A stretch of 64,000 bases of DNA from Candidatus Anoxychlamydiales bacterium (GTDB taxonomy: Bacteria; Chlamydiota; Chlamydiia; Chlamydiales; SM23-39). The stretch spans positions 25,964-89,963 of the forward strand of contig JAAKFI010000001.1 of the NCBI GenBank assembly GCA_011065125.1. Direction: 5' to 3'. Shown here one piece after another: positions 42,872-52,836 of this stretch; within the stretch, counting starts at the first letter, position 1, and each line of letters opens with the position of its first letter. The notes under the pieces are model-generated. The model did not search any database. It was given only the letters and a program-made list of their open reading frames with translations, and was not told where the DNA came from. The translations under genes and the position numbers were made by a program.

Positions 42872-43094
42872 ATGCCTATAGAACTTAAATTTCTACCAAG
42901 ATCTTTTAAAGCAATTAAAGATGCTGAAGACCCAGTAAAAAAAACCTGAAAGTTTTGATACTGCTTATAATACTTTATTTGAAGAAATGGGAGAACAAAT
43001 TGATAGAGAAAAGATAGCTAATGCAAAAGCAAGAATATTTAATGATTACCATCACTTATTATCTAGAGCTAACAATTCACCCCATCGCATTTAG
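42872..43094 (+). pseudogene. small ORF interrupted at an A8 homopolymer (frameshifted or phase-variable)
   Basis: ATG at 42872 reads MPIELKFLPRSFKAIKDAEDPVKKT then a stop. Removing one A from the run at 42937-42944 restores a roughly 73-aa frame ending at 43094 (PESFDTAYNTLFEEMGEQIDREKIANAKARIFNDYHHLLSRANNSPHRI). Confidence 0.35.
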
Positions 43095-43418
43095 ATCTCT
43101 ACCACCAAGTAAATGAAAATGCAGATGGTATATGGTCTGACCAGAGGAAGTTCCTGTATTTGATAAAATTCTAAATCCTTTTTCAATATTAAATTCTTTA
43201 GCTAATTTGTTTGCAGCTTTAGCAACTTCTCCTAAAAGATAATAATCTTCTTCTTTCAATTCTTGAAAAGAAGGTATTACTTTTTTAGTAATTATTAATA
43301 TATGAACTGGAGCTTTAGGAGATATATCTTTAATAGCTATCACATGCTCATTTTCTAATAGTATTTCTGCTGGAATTTTTCTATTTATTATTTTTTCAAA
43401 TATCGTTTCCATAATCAA
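43077..43418 (-). CDS. HIT-family (histidine triad) nucleotide hydrolase
   Basis: 113 aa. HLHFHLLGG histidine triad. Confidence 0.9.
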   Translation of the reverse strand: MIMETIFEKIINRKIPAEILLENEHVIAIKDISPKAPVHILIITKKVIPSFQELKEEDYYLLGEVAKAANKLAKEFNIEKGFRILSNTGTSSGQTIYHLHFHLLGGRDLNAMG

Positions 43419-44292
43419 TCCTTGCTTTATTTAATGTATATTTCAAAGCTTTTATAGCATCTTCTTTTGTCTTCCATACAGATATAAATCTACCTTTGTG
43501 ACAAAAGATAGCACCTTCTACATTGGATGCTTTTTTAAGCTCCTCCTCTTGCAATCCAGCCCATTCTAATGGGAGAGGAAGTCTTACCATCATTCTATTG
43601 TTATTATCAGGTGGTATTGCTCTTAATTTCCAATGTCTTTCTGTTGGCATAATTAGAAAAAGGGCGGGATGAGATTCTCCATTTAATTCAAAAAAACCAT
43701 CTATCCATGGAATAGATTCTTCAAATATTAAATATTTTTTCCTACCTTCCATTGTTTTTTTTACTTTATCAGAGCATTTTTTTATATAAAAAAATCTATC
43801 TCTCATTCTAAGTAAATGACCATATGCAAAATCTAAAGCATGCATAAAAGCTATATATCTTTCTTTTTTAGAAGCGTTGTAATCGATTGGGGAAAAGTTT
43901 GCTATAACTTGCGAAAAACTGCAGCCCTTAGATTCCATTTTTCCAATATCATGAGCATCTACTTGCCTAACTAAAACTTTATTAAAATAATCATATAAAG
44001 TAGGGTCAATAAAAGCTTTTTCTTTTAGGTATAATAAAACCATTCCTGCTGAAGACATCTCCCCTGCGTAACCTTTTTGATGGTGATCAAATCTTTTAAA
44101 ATTTGGAACATATATACCTCCTACATCACATACATATTCACATTTTGATAAATCAACTAAATCTCTTGTTCTATGAATTTTATTTCTATCTATTAAATCA
44201 TATAATAAAAGAAGAGCGCATGCTGTAATTTCATCCGCATGAAATGAACCATCATGGGTACCAAAACTTTTTTTTATAATTTCTGCTTCCAT
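43396..44292 (-). CDS. MYG1-family (UPF0160) metal-dependent hydrolase
   Basis: 298 aa. N-terminal THDGSFHADEITACALL and FDHHQ motifs typical of MYG1. Confidence 0.8.
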   Translation of the reverse strand: MEAEIIKKSFGTHDGSFHADEITACALLLLYDLIDRNKIHRTRDLVDLSKCEYVCDVGGIYVPNFKRFDHHQKGYAGEMSSAGMVLLYLKEKAFIDPTLYDYFNKVLVRQVDAHDIGKMESKGCSFSQVIANFSPIDYNASKKERYIAFMHALDFAYGHLLRMRDRFFYIKKCSDKVKKTMEGRKKYLIFEESIPWIDGFFELNGESHPALFLIMPTERHWKLRAIPPDNNNRMMVRLPLPLEWAGLQEEELKKASNVEGAIFCHKGRFISVWKTKEDAIKALKYTLNKARIDYGNDI

Positions 44293-44409
44293 AACTTTTC
44301 CTTACACAAAGACAGTAGTTTATTTAGATTAGAATTTATGTACAAGTTAGAATAAAAAGATTTACTAATAAATTTTTGATTTATAAGATTAAGTTTTTTA
44401 GGATATTTT

Positions 44410-46521
44410 ATGGAAAGTTATTTAATCTCTTCTCACTTTGATTTAATTACTCCTGATGGATATATAGAAAGCATTGAAAAAATTGATGGAAATACAATTG
44501 ATGCTAGTATTTTAATAAAAGATATATCTGATGCTTTTATTGGATTTAGATGTAATGAAAAAAATTTAATATTTAATATTAAAAGCACTCTAGCTCAAAT
44601 TGGACTTGATGCTAAAGAGCTAGGCTTTGATATTAATAAAAAAAAGAAAACTCTTACTTGTCATATTCAATTTTTAGCTCATAGCAATATAGCAAAAGAT
44701 TTTTTGAAACTATTATCTACAGATATGTATGTTGGCAAAGTCTTTGCTCAAGAAGAGAGTAGAAAAGTAAGGGATCCTGAATATTTAATTAGAATGTTTG
44801 GAAGATGTGATAGATTTTCAAGACCACTGTTATCTTTCGGTTCAAAAAAAAGAGAAGATTTAATTTTAGATAAAAAAAAGGGATATACTATCGCTCTTTT
44901 ACCTTTAAAAACTGGAGTTGTTGAATACGACAAAGAGATCACATCTTTTCTACCTGCACTTTCTAAAATATTAAAACATAAAAAATTTCCAACAAGAGAT
45001 CTTTTAAAAATCTATCAGACCTTTGATGAACAATGTAAAAAAATTGTGAAATCAAATGAGATTTTGCTTGTTAAATCAGAGCCTTTGTATATTAGAACAG
45101 CTTTTGCAAAAGTAAAAGAAGAGTATTTACCAAAAGGTTTTCATCATACTTCTGCTTGTATACTAGAACCAAATACTTTTGAATCTGGAGATGTTTATGA
45201 ATTTTATGGATGTAGCGATGAGGAAATAAAAGCTGTTCCTCTTGAGTTTTATACACTAGAGCCTCATAGAGAGTTTGTTTTTTTTGAAGATAGAGATCAA
45301 CTACAAATATATCTAGATGATCCTAAAATGTTATTTAAAGCATTTGATACAGGACCTATGCCACAAGAATATTTATCTTCTGTTTATGTTGTAAAGGGAA
45401 CTCAACTAGAAAGTTTAGAAGCAAAAGATTGGATTAAAAGAGACCCTAAAAAAAATGATTTTCCAGGTCTTGAACAACCTAAAAGACAATTTCTTTTAGT
45501 AGAAAATTATATAAAAGAACAACCATCATATCCTTTTTTAAAAGCAATAGAAGATGGGCTTATTACATCACAAGGCGTTTTACTTACTAGACATTTCCCC
45601 TCTCCTCTTATGAAAAAAATGCTTTTATCGGATAATGTTCAAAGAACCTTAAAAGCCATCTATTTTAAATACCCATCTAGATCTATGGATGATTTTTTCT
45701 CTCATGAAGATAGAGCTTTTTTACTAGATCTAGCTAAATTTGCAATTCCTGTATTTTGGGTAGATCAGACAAGTAAAAAAATACTTCAATATGTTGTAAA
45801 GCCTCATAAAGATTCTGGAATGTTTGTTCCTTTAAATTTAACTGAAAATTTTAGAAAAGCTACTTTTTTTGGAGTTTATGGATCTAATTTAATAGAAGGA
45901 CATTTTGATATAGAACTAGAAAAGTTACTTCTTGGAATAAAAGAGTTAAAAGAAAAAGTAGATCATCCTCTTCTTTGCTCTAACACATCTCTTGCATTAG
46001 TTACAGGAGGAGGCCCTGGAGCTATGAATGTAGGAAATAAAGTAGCTAAAAAACTAGATATATTATCATGCGCAAACATTGTAGATTTCAGAGTTAAAGA
46101 TGCACCTGTAAATGAACAGTTAATCAACCCATACATCGATGCTAAAATGACTTATAGATTAGATAGATTGGTTGAAAGACAAGCAGAATTTCATTTAGAT
46201 TTTCCAATTATTTTAATGGGCGGAATAGGCTCTGATTTTGAGTATTCTTTAGAAGAAGTTAAAAGAAAAACTGGAGCTGCTCTTGCTAATCCTATATTAC
46301 TTTTCGGACCAAAAGAATATTGGAAAGAAAAAGTTACATCTAGATTTCAAATAAATCTAAAAACTAAAACAATTAAAGGATCCGAATGGATCTCTAATTG
46401 TTTTTATTGTATTCAAACAGCATCTCAAGGATTGCAAATTTATAAAGATTTTTTTGAAAACAAACTCAAAATAGGAAAAAATGGTCCTGTGTATGAAGAT
46501 GGTTTTTGCTCTGATTATTAA
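44410..46521 (+). CDS. large protein with C-terminal LOG/TIGR00730-like (lysine-decarboxylase-like) nucleotide-binding domain
   Basis: 703 aa. The C-terminal region has LVTGGGPGAMNVGNKVA and ILMGGIGSDFEYSLEEV, which resemble the GGGxGxM and PGGxGTxxE motifs of LOG/PpnN-type enzymes. About 500 N-terminal residues are unassigned. Confidence 0.45.
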   Translation: MESYLISSHFDLITPDGYIESIEKIDGNTIDASILIKDISDAFIGFRCNEKNLIFNIKSTLAQIGLDAKELGFDINKKKKTLTCHIQFLAHSNIAKDFLKLLSTDMYVGKVFAQEESRKVRDPEYLIRMFGRCDRFSRPLLSFGSKKREDLILDKKKGYTIALLPLKTGVVEYDKEITSFLPALSKILKHKKFPTRDLLKIYQTFDEQCKKIVKSNEILLVKSEPLYIRTAFAKVKEEYLPKGFHHTSACILEPNTFESGDVYEFYGCSDEEIKAVPLEFYTLEPHREFVFFEDRDQLQIYLDDPKMLFKAFDTGPMPQEYLSSVYVVKGTQLESLEAKDWIKRDPKKNDFPGLEQPKRQFLLVENYIKEQPSYPFLKAIEDGLITSQGVLLTRHFPSPLMKKMLLSDNVQRTLKAIYFKYPSRSMDDFFSHEDRAFLLDLAKFAIPVFWVDQTSKKILQYVVKPHKDSGMFVPLNLTENFRKATFFGVYGSNLIEGHFDIELEKLLLGIKELKEKVDHPLLCSNTSLALVTGGGPGAMNVGNKVAKKLDILSCANIVDFRVKDAPVNEQLINPYIDAKMTYRLDRLVERQAEFHLDFPIILMGGIGSDFEYSLEEVKRKTGAALANPILLFGPKEYWKEKVTSRFQINLKTKTIKGSEWISNCFYCIQTASQGLQIYKDFFENKLKIGKNGPVYEDGFCSDY

Positions 46522-47732
46522 AAACCATATGCAAAACTAAATCCATAATAAGTAGTTCTTTTATTCATAAATTGTCCATCTGGAGAATATCCATGATGAT
46601 AAAAACCATAGAGTCTAATTTTTTTACCAACACCTTGAAGTTTTGACCATTCATAACCTAGCATATATGTGCCATCGATATTCATATCATTTAATTGCCA
46701 ATTCCTAAAATATACAGCCGTAAAAAAAGTACCGAAAAGTCTATGATAATATATTCTTGTGCCCCAAAAAGAAGCATCAGCTCCATATTCAACATAGTAA
46801 TGTTTCATTGGGAAAGTATGATCACTATGTAAAATAACTCCAGGTCCAAAATAAAATCTTAAATAGTTATTAACTTGATAAGATGTAAAAATATCAAAAG
46901 CTTCAAAAGATGGATTTACTCTAGCATATTGTGGATGATTTACTAAAAATTCATCTCCTAAATGAGATGATATATGATAAATTCTAAATCTAAAAGACCA
47001 TTGATTTTTAGCATAAGATACAGGAATAGCAAGAGTATAATCTGTATTAAACATAGCAGTTCCTTTACCTAAATTTATTGCAGGTTTCATATCAAAGACA
47101 GACCAAATCCCAGCTTCTATTCCTATTTGTAAATCCCCTCCATTTATATCCAACCATCTAAAAACAGGGAAGTCATCCCCCATAGAAAAAGCAATTGACG
47201 TCCTTCCTGCAACTTTATCTCCTCCTCTATATCCAAATGAATATATAACTTGTCTTGGATTAGCTATCATCGGTTGATACAGCTCTGTTGCTTGAGGAAA
47301 CCAAATTCCTTTTACTTTTGGTCTATTAACATATTTTTCTCTGATTTCCACTTCTTCCGGAGGAACTCCATTTACAGCGACTACTTTTTTAACACCTGGA
47401 ACATCTTTTAAAAAAGTTATTATAGAATTTGCATAAACTGAATTTTTAGGCATATTAGCAAGCCATACATTTCCATCCTTTACCATTACAACTACTTTAT
47501 ATTCATAATAATGCATATCTATTAAAGCCTGTAAATATCCTTCGAAATATTCATCATCATTTTTTTGAGTAGATTCTTTTGGGATATTATTACTTCTAGA
47601 TAAAACAGTTGCAACTTCTTCACCATCTGCAATTAAGTTGCAAAAAATAAATAAAAATAATATACATAAAACTTTCATAATTAAGATGCTCCTTAATTTA
47701 TTTCTATAAGCTTTTAAAATATTAAGAGTCAA
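46518..47732 (-). CDS. putative outer-membrane protein (DUF1207-like, Chlamydia-type)
   Basis: 404 aa. Signal/anchor N-terminus and a BON-like segment. The aromatic-rich alternating C-terminal half ends in ...FSFAYGF (terminal Phe, beta-barrel signature). Size and pattern match my recollection of the roughly 410-aa DUF1207 family. Confidence 0.45.
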   Translation of the reverse strand: MTLNILKAYRNKLRSILIMKVLCILFLFIFCNLIADGEEVATVLSRSNNIPKESTQKNDDEYFEGYLQALIDMHYYEYKVVVMVKDGNVWLANMPKNSVYANSIITFLKDVPGVKKVVAVNGVPPEEVEIREKYVNRPKVKGIWFPQATELYQPMIANPRQVIYSFGYRGGDKVAGRTSIAFSMGDDFPVFRWLDINGGDLQIGIEAGIWSVFDMKPAINLGKGTAMFNTDYTLAIPVSYAKNQWSFRFRIYHISSHLGDEFLVNHPQYARVNPSFEAFDIFTSYQVNNYLRFYFGPGVILHSDHTFPMKHYYVEYGADASFWGTRIYYHRLFGTFFTAVYFRNWQLNDMNIDGTYMLGYEWSKLQGVGKKIRLYGFYHHGYSPDGQFMNKRTTYYGFSFAYGF

Positions 47733-47738
47733 TTTTTT

Positions 47739-48980
47739 TTAATTATTTTTTGAAAATAATAATATTTTTTTCTTATGCATAATAAATGCGCTATACAAAC
47801 AAAACATAGAGCCAATTAATAAAATATTATTTAGACTAAAAGAAAGTATTAATAAAGAACCTAAAAGAGGTGCAACAGCCCCTCTAATAGCTACCATAAA
47901 AACATTGATAGAGGTGTATTTTGAACTATCTTCACCTTTTGAAAAAACTGGGCCTGACATATTCCAAATCAAATGAGAGCCTGCTTGAGTAATCCCATAT
48001 ATAATATATGCAATATAAAACCATAAAATATTAAAAGTTGAAAAACTTAAAAAAATCATAAAAACAAAAGTATTTAAAAACATATAAGAAGATAATTTTA
48101 AAATACTTAATTTAGAAAATATTCTACCCCAAATTGGAGAAGATATTACATAACCAAGTCCTCTACATACTAAAATAGCAATAGCAAACTCTTGGTGGCT
48201 CATATTTAATTTATCAACCGCTAGAATTGGAATAATTGGTTGAACTAACATTAATCCAAATCCAGATATCATAAATCCAATTTGAAAAAGATTAAAATTT
48301 TTATCTTTTTTCAAAATATCTATTCCATCTTTAATTGGGTCTAATATTTTTAAATTAGTATCTGTATCTATTTTTTTTTCATCTTTTACTTTTCTAAGTG
48401 GAATTTTAAAAAGTAAAAAAATATTAGCCAAAGAAATCAAAGCTGCAAAAAAATATAGTCCCTTATATGAAACGCTTTTATTTTTTAGTAAATACCCAAG
48501 TATAAAAGCTAAAATAATTCCTTCGATATATCCGATAGAAGAGCTAAAAGAAAAAAGTTTTTCTCTATTTTTATTTGGGATATTCAATTTAATCATCTCT
48601 ATCCATGATGGAGATGCTGCTCTATAAAACATTATATAAATAGAAGATGCTAGTATTAAAAAAATAGCACTATTATTAAATGGCATTATAAAAAATAATA
48701 AAATAGCTAAAATATTTGCTATTATAAAATTTGATTTCACATCTTTTAATTTCGCAGATCCAAAATAGCTATAGTAATAAGAAAAAATAGAAACCATAGG
48801 ACGAAGCATTGTTAAAAGTGCTATTAAAAAAGCGCTAGCATGAAGATCTTTTCTAAGTATAAAAGCAGTTAAATTATACATAGAAAAAAGTGGTTCTTTT
48901 AAAATAGTCGATAAAATTAAGATAAATCTTGTTTTTCTATCACATTCATCTTTTGGCTGGGAAATATCAAAAATGCTCAT
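47739..48980 (-). CDS. MFS-type transporter
   Basis: 413 aa with about 12 hydrophobic segments and a central loop. Confidence 0.6.
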   Translation of the reverse strand: MSIFDISQPKDECDRKTRFILILSTILKEPLFSMYNLTAFILRKDLHASAFLIALLTMLRPMVSIFSYYYSYFGSAKLKDVKSNFIIANILAILLFFIMPFNNSAIFLILASSIYIMFYRAASPSWIEMIKLNIPNKNREKLFSFSSSIGYIEGIILAFILGYLLKNKSVSYKGLYFFAALISLANIFLLFKIPLRKVKDEKKIDTDTNLKILDPIKDGIDILKKDKNFNLFQIGFMISGFGLMLVQPIIPILAVDKLNMSHQEFAIAILVCRGLGYVISSPIWGRIFSKLSILKLSSYMFLNTFVFMIFLSFSTFNILWFYIAYIIYGITQAGSHLIWNMSGPVFSKGEDSSKYTSINVFMVAIRGAVAPLLGSLLILSFSLNNILLIGSMFCLYSAFIMHKKKILLFSKNN

Positions 48981-49113
48981 AAAAGATTTTTTTTATCATA
49001 ATTATAAAATATTCCCCGAATTTTTAATAGAAATCTATTTTTTTATAAAAAAAAACTTTTAATTAATTGTTAAAAAATTTTTAATCTAAGAAAAAAAAAT
49101 TTAAGGAGAGAAA

Positions 49114-49461
49114 ATGAATAGTTTACCTTCAAGCTTTGGTTCTGATCCAAATATGGATCCAAGAAAATATTTTAGAAATCTTTTAATTTCTTTCAAAAAA
49201 GAAATTAACAATTCAAATAATTTAGATACTTTGCAAGATCAGATGCAATCAATTTTAAATGCTGCTAAAGATCTAAATTACAAAGAGCATAATAATGCTA
49301 GATATCACAAAGAAGAAGCTGAAAAAGCATTAAAAAAAGTTTTTAATGAATTTGATAGATATTTTACATCTCTATCGAAAAAAGAAAAAACAAATTCACA
49401 AGATTTGTTAAATTCTATAAAAATGGTAGAGGTATTACTAGAAGAAGGAGATATATCTTAA
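49114..49461 (+). CDS. hypothetical protein
   Basis: 115-aa ORF preceded by AAGGAGAG about 6 nt upstream of the ATG. No recognised family. Confidence 0.5.
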   Translation: MNSLPSSFGSDPNMDPRKYFRNLLISFKKEINNSNNLDTLQDQMQSILNAAKDLNYKEHNNARYHKEEAEKALKKVFNEFDRYFTSLSKKEKTNSQDLLNSIKMVEVLLEEGDIS

Positions 49462-49529
49462 TTTAATTGTATTAAAAAAAATATTGCAAGCAAGTAACTT
49501 TTTAGATATTATTAATACTTTATTTCTTC

Positions 49530-49603
49530 GGGGCAGTAGCTCAGTTGGTTAGAGCATCGGACTCATAATCCGTTGGTCGCGGGTTCAAGTCCTGCCTGCC
49601 CCA
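49530..49603 (+). tRNA. tRNA-Met elongator type (anticodon CAT; lysidine-modified tRNA-Ile2 cannot be excluded)
   Basis: Folded by hand. Acceptor GGGGCAG/CTGCCCC, D arm GCTC-AGTTGGTTA-GAGC, anticodon loop CTCATAA, T arm GCGGG-TTCAAGT-CCTGC, discriminator A. The G1-C72 pair argues against an initiator tRNA. Confidence 0.9.
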
Positions 49604-49608
49604 TTTTT
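49562..49608 (+). repeat. attL-like direct repeat (3' half of tRNA-Met plus T-run)
   Basis: ctcataatccgttggtcgcgggttcaagtcctgcctgccccattttt recurs at 60349-60395 with 6 mismatches in 47 nt by my manual alignment. Confidence 0.8.
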
Positions 49609-49926
49609 TATTTATTAATATTGTATTGATAGAGCTAATGCAAACATGGCATAAAGATTTAATTATAATAATCCAACCTCTAAAAACCATATGCAAACAA
49701 ATTCATATAAAAGATTATCTCTTTTTCACATACATCCAGAACTTCAAACATGTCGATTAACCCTCTCATAAAACATCTTCTAAATCAGCTTCACTTGACC
49801 GAATCCAAAAATATTTTATATCAGATCTCTAAATGCTCTATTCGTTTCCATATGATAAAAACATTCAAGAAGGGTTTTAGGATTCGCTTACCTTGTAAAT
49901 GGGACAAAAATGAGGCATTAAGATTT

Positions 49927-52836
49927 TTAAAGACTTTGCATATCGACTAGATTTTTAAAAAAGGAATTTTTTTTATACAAAGTATCAAAATTCCCAAAAT
50001 CAACTATTTCTCCATTTATCATTAAATAAATTCTATCAGCATTTTTAATGGTATCTAATCTATGTGCTATAACAATTCTAGTTATTCTTAATTTATCAAT
50101 ATTTTCGCTTATTTCTTTTTGAAGAGAATTATCAAAAAAAGAGGTAGCTTCATCTAAAATCAAAATATTAGGCTTGGAAATTAAAGCTCTAGTTAATACA
50201 AGCTGTTGTTTTTGCCCCCCGGATAGATTTTTACCATTATCAGTTAAATAAGTTTGAAGTCCCATTGGAAAGCATTTTAAAGTTTCATCAAATTTTGTTA
50301 TTTTCATAACTCTTTCAATTTCTTGACTAGGTACTATTTTTGAAAAAATTAAATTTTCTTCAAGAGTTCCAGAAAAAACTTCACTTCCCTGAAGAACTAC
50401 ACCTAGCTGTTTTCTTACTTTTGTAATATCTAGATCATTTAAATTTTTACCATCAACAAATATTGAGCCAGAATTTGGCTTATAATAGTTAAGTAAAAGT
50501 CGAATTAATGTGGATTTGCCGCAGTTGGTCGGTCCGACTATTGCTATTAATTCACCAGGAGATGCTTTTATAGAGACATTTTTTAAAACTAAAGGAAGAT
50601 TTTCTTCATATCTAAAACTGACATTTTCAACATCCAAAAATCCTTTTATTATACCTGGGTCTAAAACTTCTTTTTTTCTCTCAAGTGGATAGGTTAATAT
50701 AATTTTAGATCTTTTCCATCTAGGAATTATCATGCCAATGTAACTTATTAGTGTTACAAATAAAGAATTCATGGCTGTTGCAAAAGCAGCAAAAGCTGCA
50801 TTGAATGCAATAAAATTACCCAGATTGAATTTATTTGTTTTTAATAGAAAAATAGCAAATGCAAATATAAAAAAGGTTCCCAGGGTTAAAAAAACAGCAT
50901 TTATTGAGCTTAAAAAAGATGCTAAATAATCAGATGAAAGGGTTTTAGATCTAATTTTAGAAAACCTACTGCCCCATTTTTCAAAAAGAATTTTTTCAGA
51001 AGAAGATAGTCTTATTTTTTCTATTCCTGATAAAATTTGAAGAATAAATCCATTTAGTTTTGATTGTTCATTTAATACATCTGTATCTATTTTGATTTTT
51101 ATTTTTAAAATAAAAATAAAAATAAATAAATAAACAGTTAAAAAAGCGAGATTAATTAAAGCAAGTTGCCAGCTATAAAAGAACATTTGAATAAAATATA
51201 GAAAGGAAAATATACCCATGAATAAAGAGCTTATAAATCCACTTGATAAGATTCTTTGAACTTCGAACATTTCAAAAAGTCTTTTTAGAAGATCTCCTTT
51301 TGTAAAATTTTTAAAAAATGAAATTGGAAGTCTTAAAAATCTATCAAACAGGCCTACTTGGAAACGAATCCTTATTTTTGATTGGATTCTTAATATTACA
51401 AATGAGCTAGTAAATGAAAAAAGAGCTGAAGATATTGCAGCTATAAAAAGACCAAAAGCAACTTGGTATAAAAGACCTTTTTCAAAATGGGGAATAATTA
51501 TATTAAATATCTTAGAATTTGCAAATGGTATATAAAATGCGAGCATTATAGAAATAAGGCTATAAAATATGAAATTGAAAACTTCTTTTGATTGGTTTTT
51601 TAAACAGAACTTTAATATTTTTTTGCCGTTTAGATTTTCATATCCAAATGTCTCATAAAATTCATAAGTTTCATTTTCAAGTAAATCTTTTGTGGTTTTA
51701 GTAATTTTTATTTTTGATTTTATATCAGGATCGATGATCTCATAATGTTTTTTATTTTTTATTATAGCTACAGGTTTTTTACCTTCTTTTAAAAAGCCTA
51801 AAAAATTAGAACTTTCTTTTTTATACCAAGTATTTTTTAATGTTACTTTTCTATAACGTACATTCGAATTTTCACATATTTCATAAATGATATTGTTTAT
51901 TTCTTTTTCATAAATTTTTTTAGAAATCTCAAAATGGATTTTTAAAGAATCCCCTACTACTTTTAAAGCATTAAAAAGTTTATCTTTTGTCTCAATTGGA
52001 ATTTCAATTGGCTTTTTTTCAAAAATATTAAAAAAAGAAACAAGTGTTTTGTTAATAAGATGTTTTTCAAGATCTTTTTTTTCAAAAATTCGATTTTTTT
52101 CATTTTTATTTTTTATTAACATTTGCTTGAAAAGATAATCTAAAATGATTTTATGAAAAAAATTGAGAATATTTTCAAAATTTTTATTTTTTATTACATT
52201 TTTTGTATCTAAAACATCTACTAAAATTTCATCTTTAAAAGAAAAAAAAGTTTTATAAGACATTGGAAAGATTTGATTTTCTTTAACAATCATTTTTTTT
52301 TCATTTAAAAAATTCATTGAACCTTTTTTTATTTCTATCCAGCGAATTTGGGTTTTATCTTTTAAGAAAAAATCTATCATTATATCTTTTTGATCTTTAG
52401 AGTAGAGTTTTGTTGGTTTATCAAAAAATAAAAAAGTATCTATCTCTTCTTTGAATATTATTATGAGATTTTCATATATGTTTACGATCCAACTGTTTAT
52501 TTTATTAGAAAAAGAATTTAAAAATTCTTCAGAGTTTAAATTTTTTAATATATCTTCAATGGATATTTCAAATATTTTACTATTATCTGATACTGCAGCA
52601 AAAATTTTAAGATCACTCGTTAAATTCTCAAAACTAAAAAAAATATTATCTTTTTCAATACTTGCTAAAAATGTTTTTCTAATGAATGTTTTATCTTTTT
52701 TTTCTTCAAAAAAGATATCGACACTTCCTTCTTCAACATAATATATTTTTTTTATGCTGCTCAAATCGATTTTTAAATTTTGTTGCTCTAAAAAGACTTC
52801 TTTTCCTATTTTTTTAAAATCATTTTGAGTTAACAT
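49927..52836 (-). CDS. NHLM/NHLP-type bacteriocin export ABC transporter permease/ATPase with N-terminal cNMP-binding-like domain
   Basis: 969 aa. The N-terminal ~340 aa are soluble with YYVEEGSVDIFF (cNMP-binding-like beta-roll). A six-TM ABC exporter domain follows, with Walker A GPTNCGKST, signature LSGGQKQQ and Walker B ILILDEATS. The gene starts immediately after the C39-ABC stop. Confidence 0.8.
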   Translation of the reverse strand: MLTQNDFKKIGKEVFLEQQNLKIDLSSIKKIYYVEEGSVDIFFEEKKDKTFIRKTFLASIEKDNIFFSFENLTSDLKIFAAVSDNSKIFEISIEDILKNLNSEEFLNSFSNKINSWIVNIYENLIIIFKEEIDTFLFFDKPTKLYSKDQKDIMIDFFLKDKTQIRWIEIKKGSMNFLNEKKMIVKENQIFPMSYKTFFSFKDEILVDVLDTKNVIKNKNFENILNFFHKIILDYLFKQMLIKNKNEKNRIFEKKDLEKHLINKTLVSFFNIFEKKPIEIPIETKDKLFNALKVVGDSLKIHFEISKKIYEKEINNIIYEICENSNVRYRKVTLKNTWYKKESSNFLGFLKEGKKPVAIIKNKKHYEIIDPDIKSKIKITKTTKDLLENETYEFYETFGYENLNGKKILKFCLKNQSKEVFNFIFYSLISIMLAFYIPFANSKIFNIIIPHFEKGLLYQVAFGLFIAAISSALFSFTSSFVILRIQSKIRIRFQVGLFDRFLRLPISFFKNFTKGDLLKRLFEMFEVQRILSSGFISSLFMGIFSFLYFIQMFFYSWQLALINLAFLTVYLFIFIFILKIKIKIDTDVLNEQSKLNGFILQILSGIEKIRLSSSEKILFEKWGSRFSKIRSKTLSSDYLASFLSSINAVFLTLGTFFIFAFAIFLLKTNKFNLGNFIAFNAAFAAFATAMNSLFVTLISYIGMIIPRWKRSKIILTYPLERKKEVLDPGIIKGFLDVENVSFRYEENLPLVLKNVSIKASPGELIAIVGPTNCGKSTLIRLLLNYYKPNSGSIFVDGKNLNDLDITKVRKQLGVVLQGSEVFSGTLEENLIFSKIVPSQEIERVMKITKFDETLKCFPMGLQTYLTDNGKNLSGGQKQQLVLTRALISKPNILILDEATSFFDNSLQKEISENIDKLRITRIVIAHRLDTIKNADRIYLMINGEIVDFGNFDTLYKKNSFFKNLVDMQSL

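Noticed and set aside
49620-49950. Possible integrase or tnpB N-terminal remnant next to the tRNA (ORF 49750-49950; ...KGFRIRLPCKWDKNEALRFLKTL faintly resembles the TnpB N-terminal k.ykfRlyPnkeq..L motif)
   Set aside because: The similarity is too weak and short to call by eye, and I could not find tyrosine-recombinase motifs in any frame. I left it unannotated. A profile search of all six frames would settle it.
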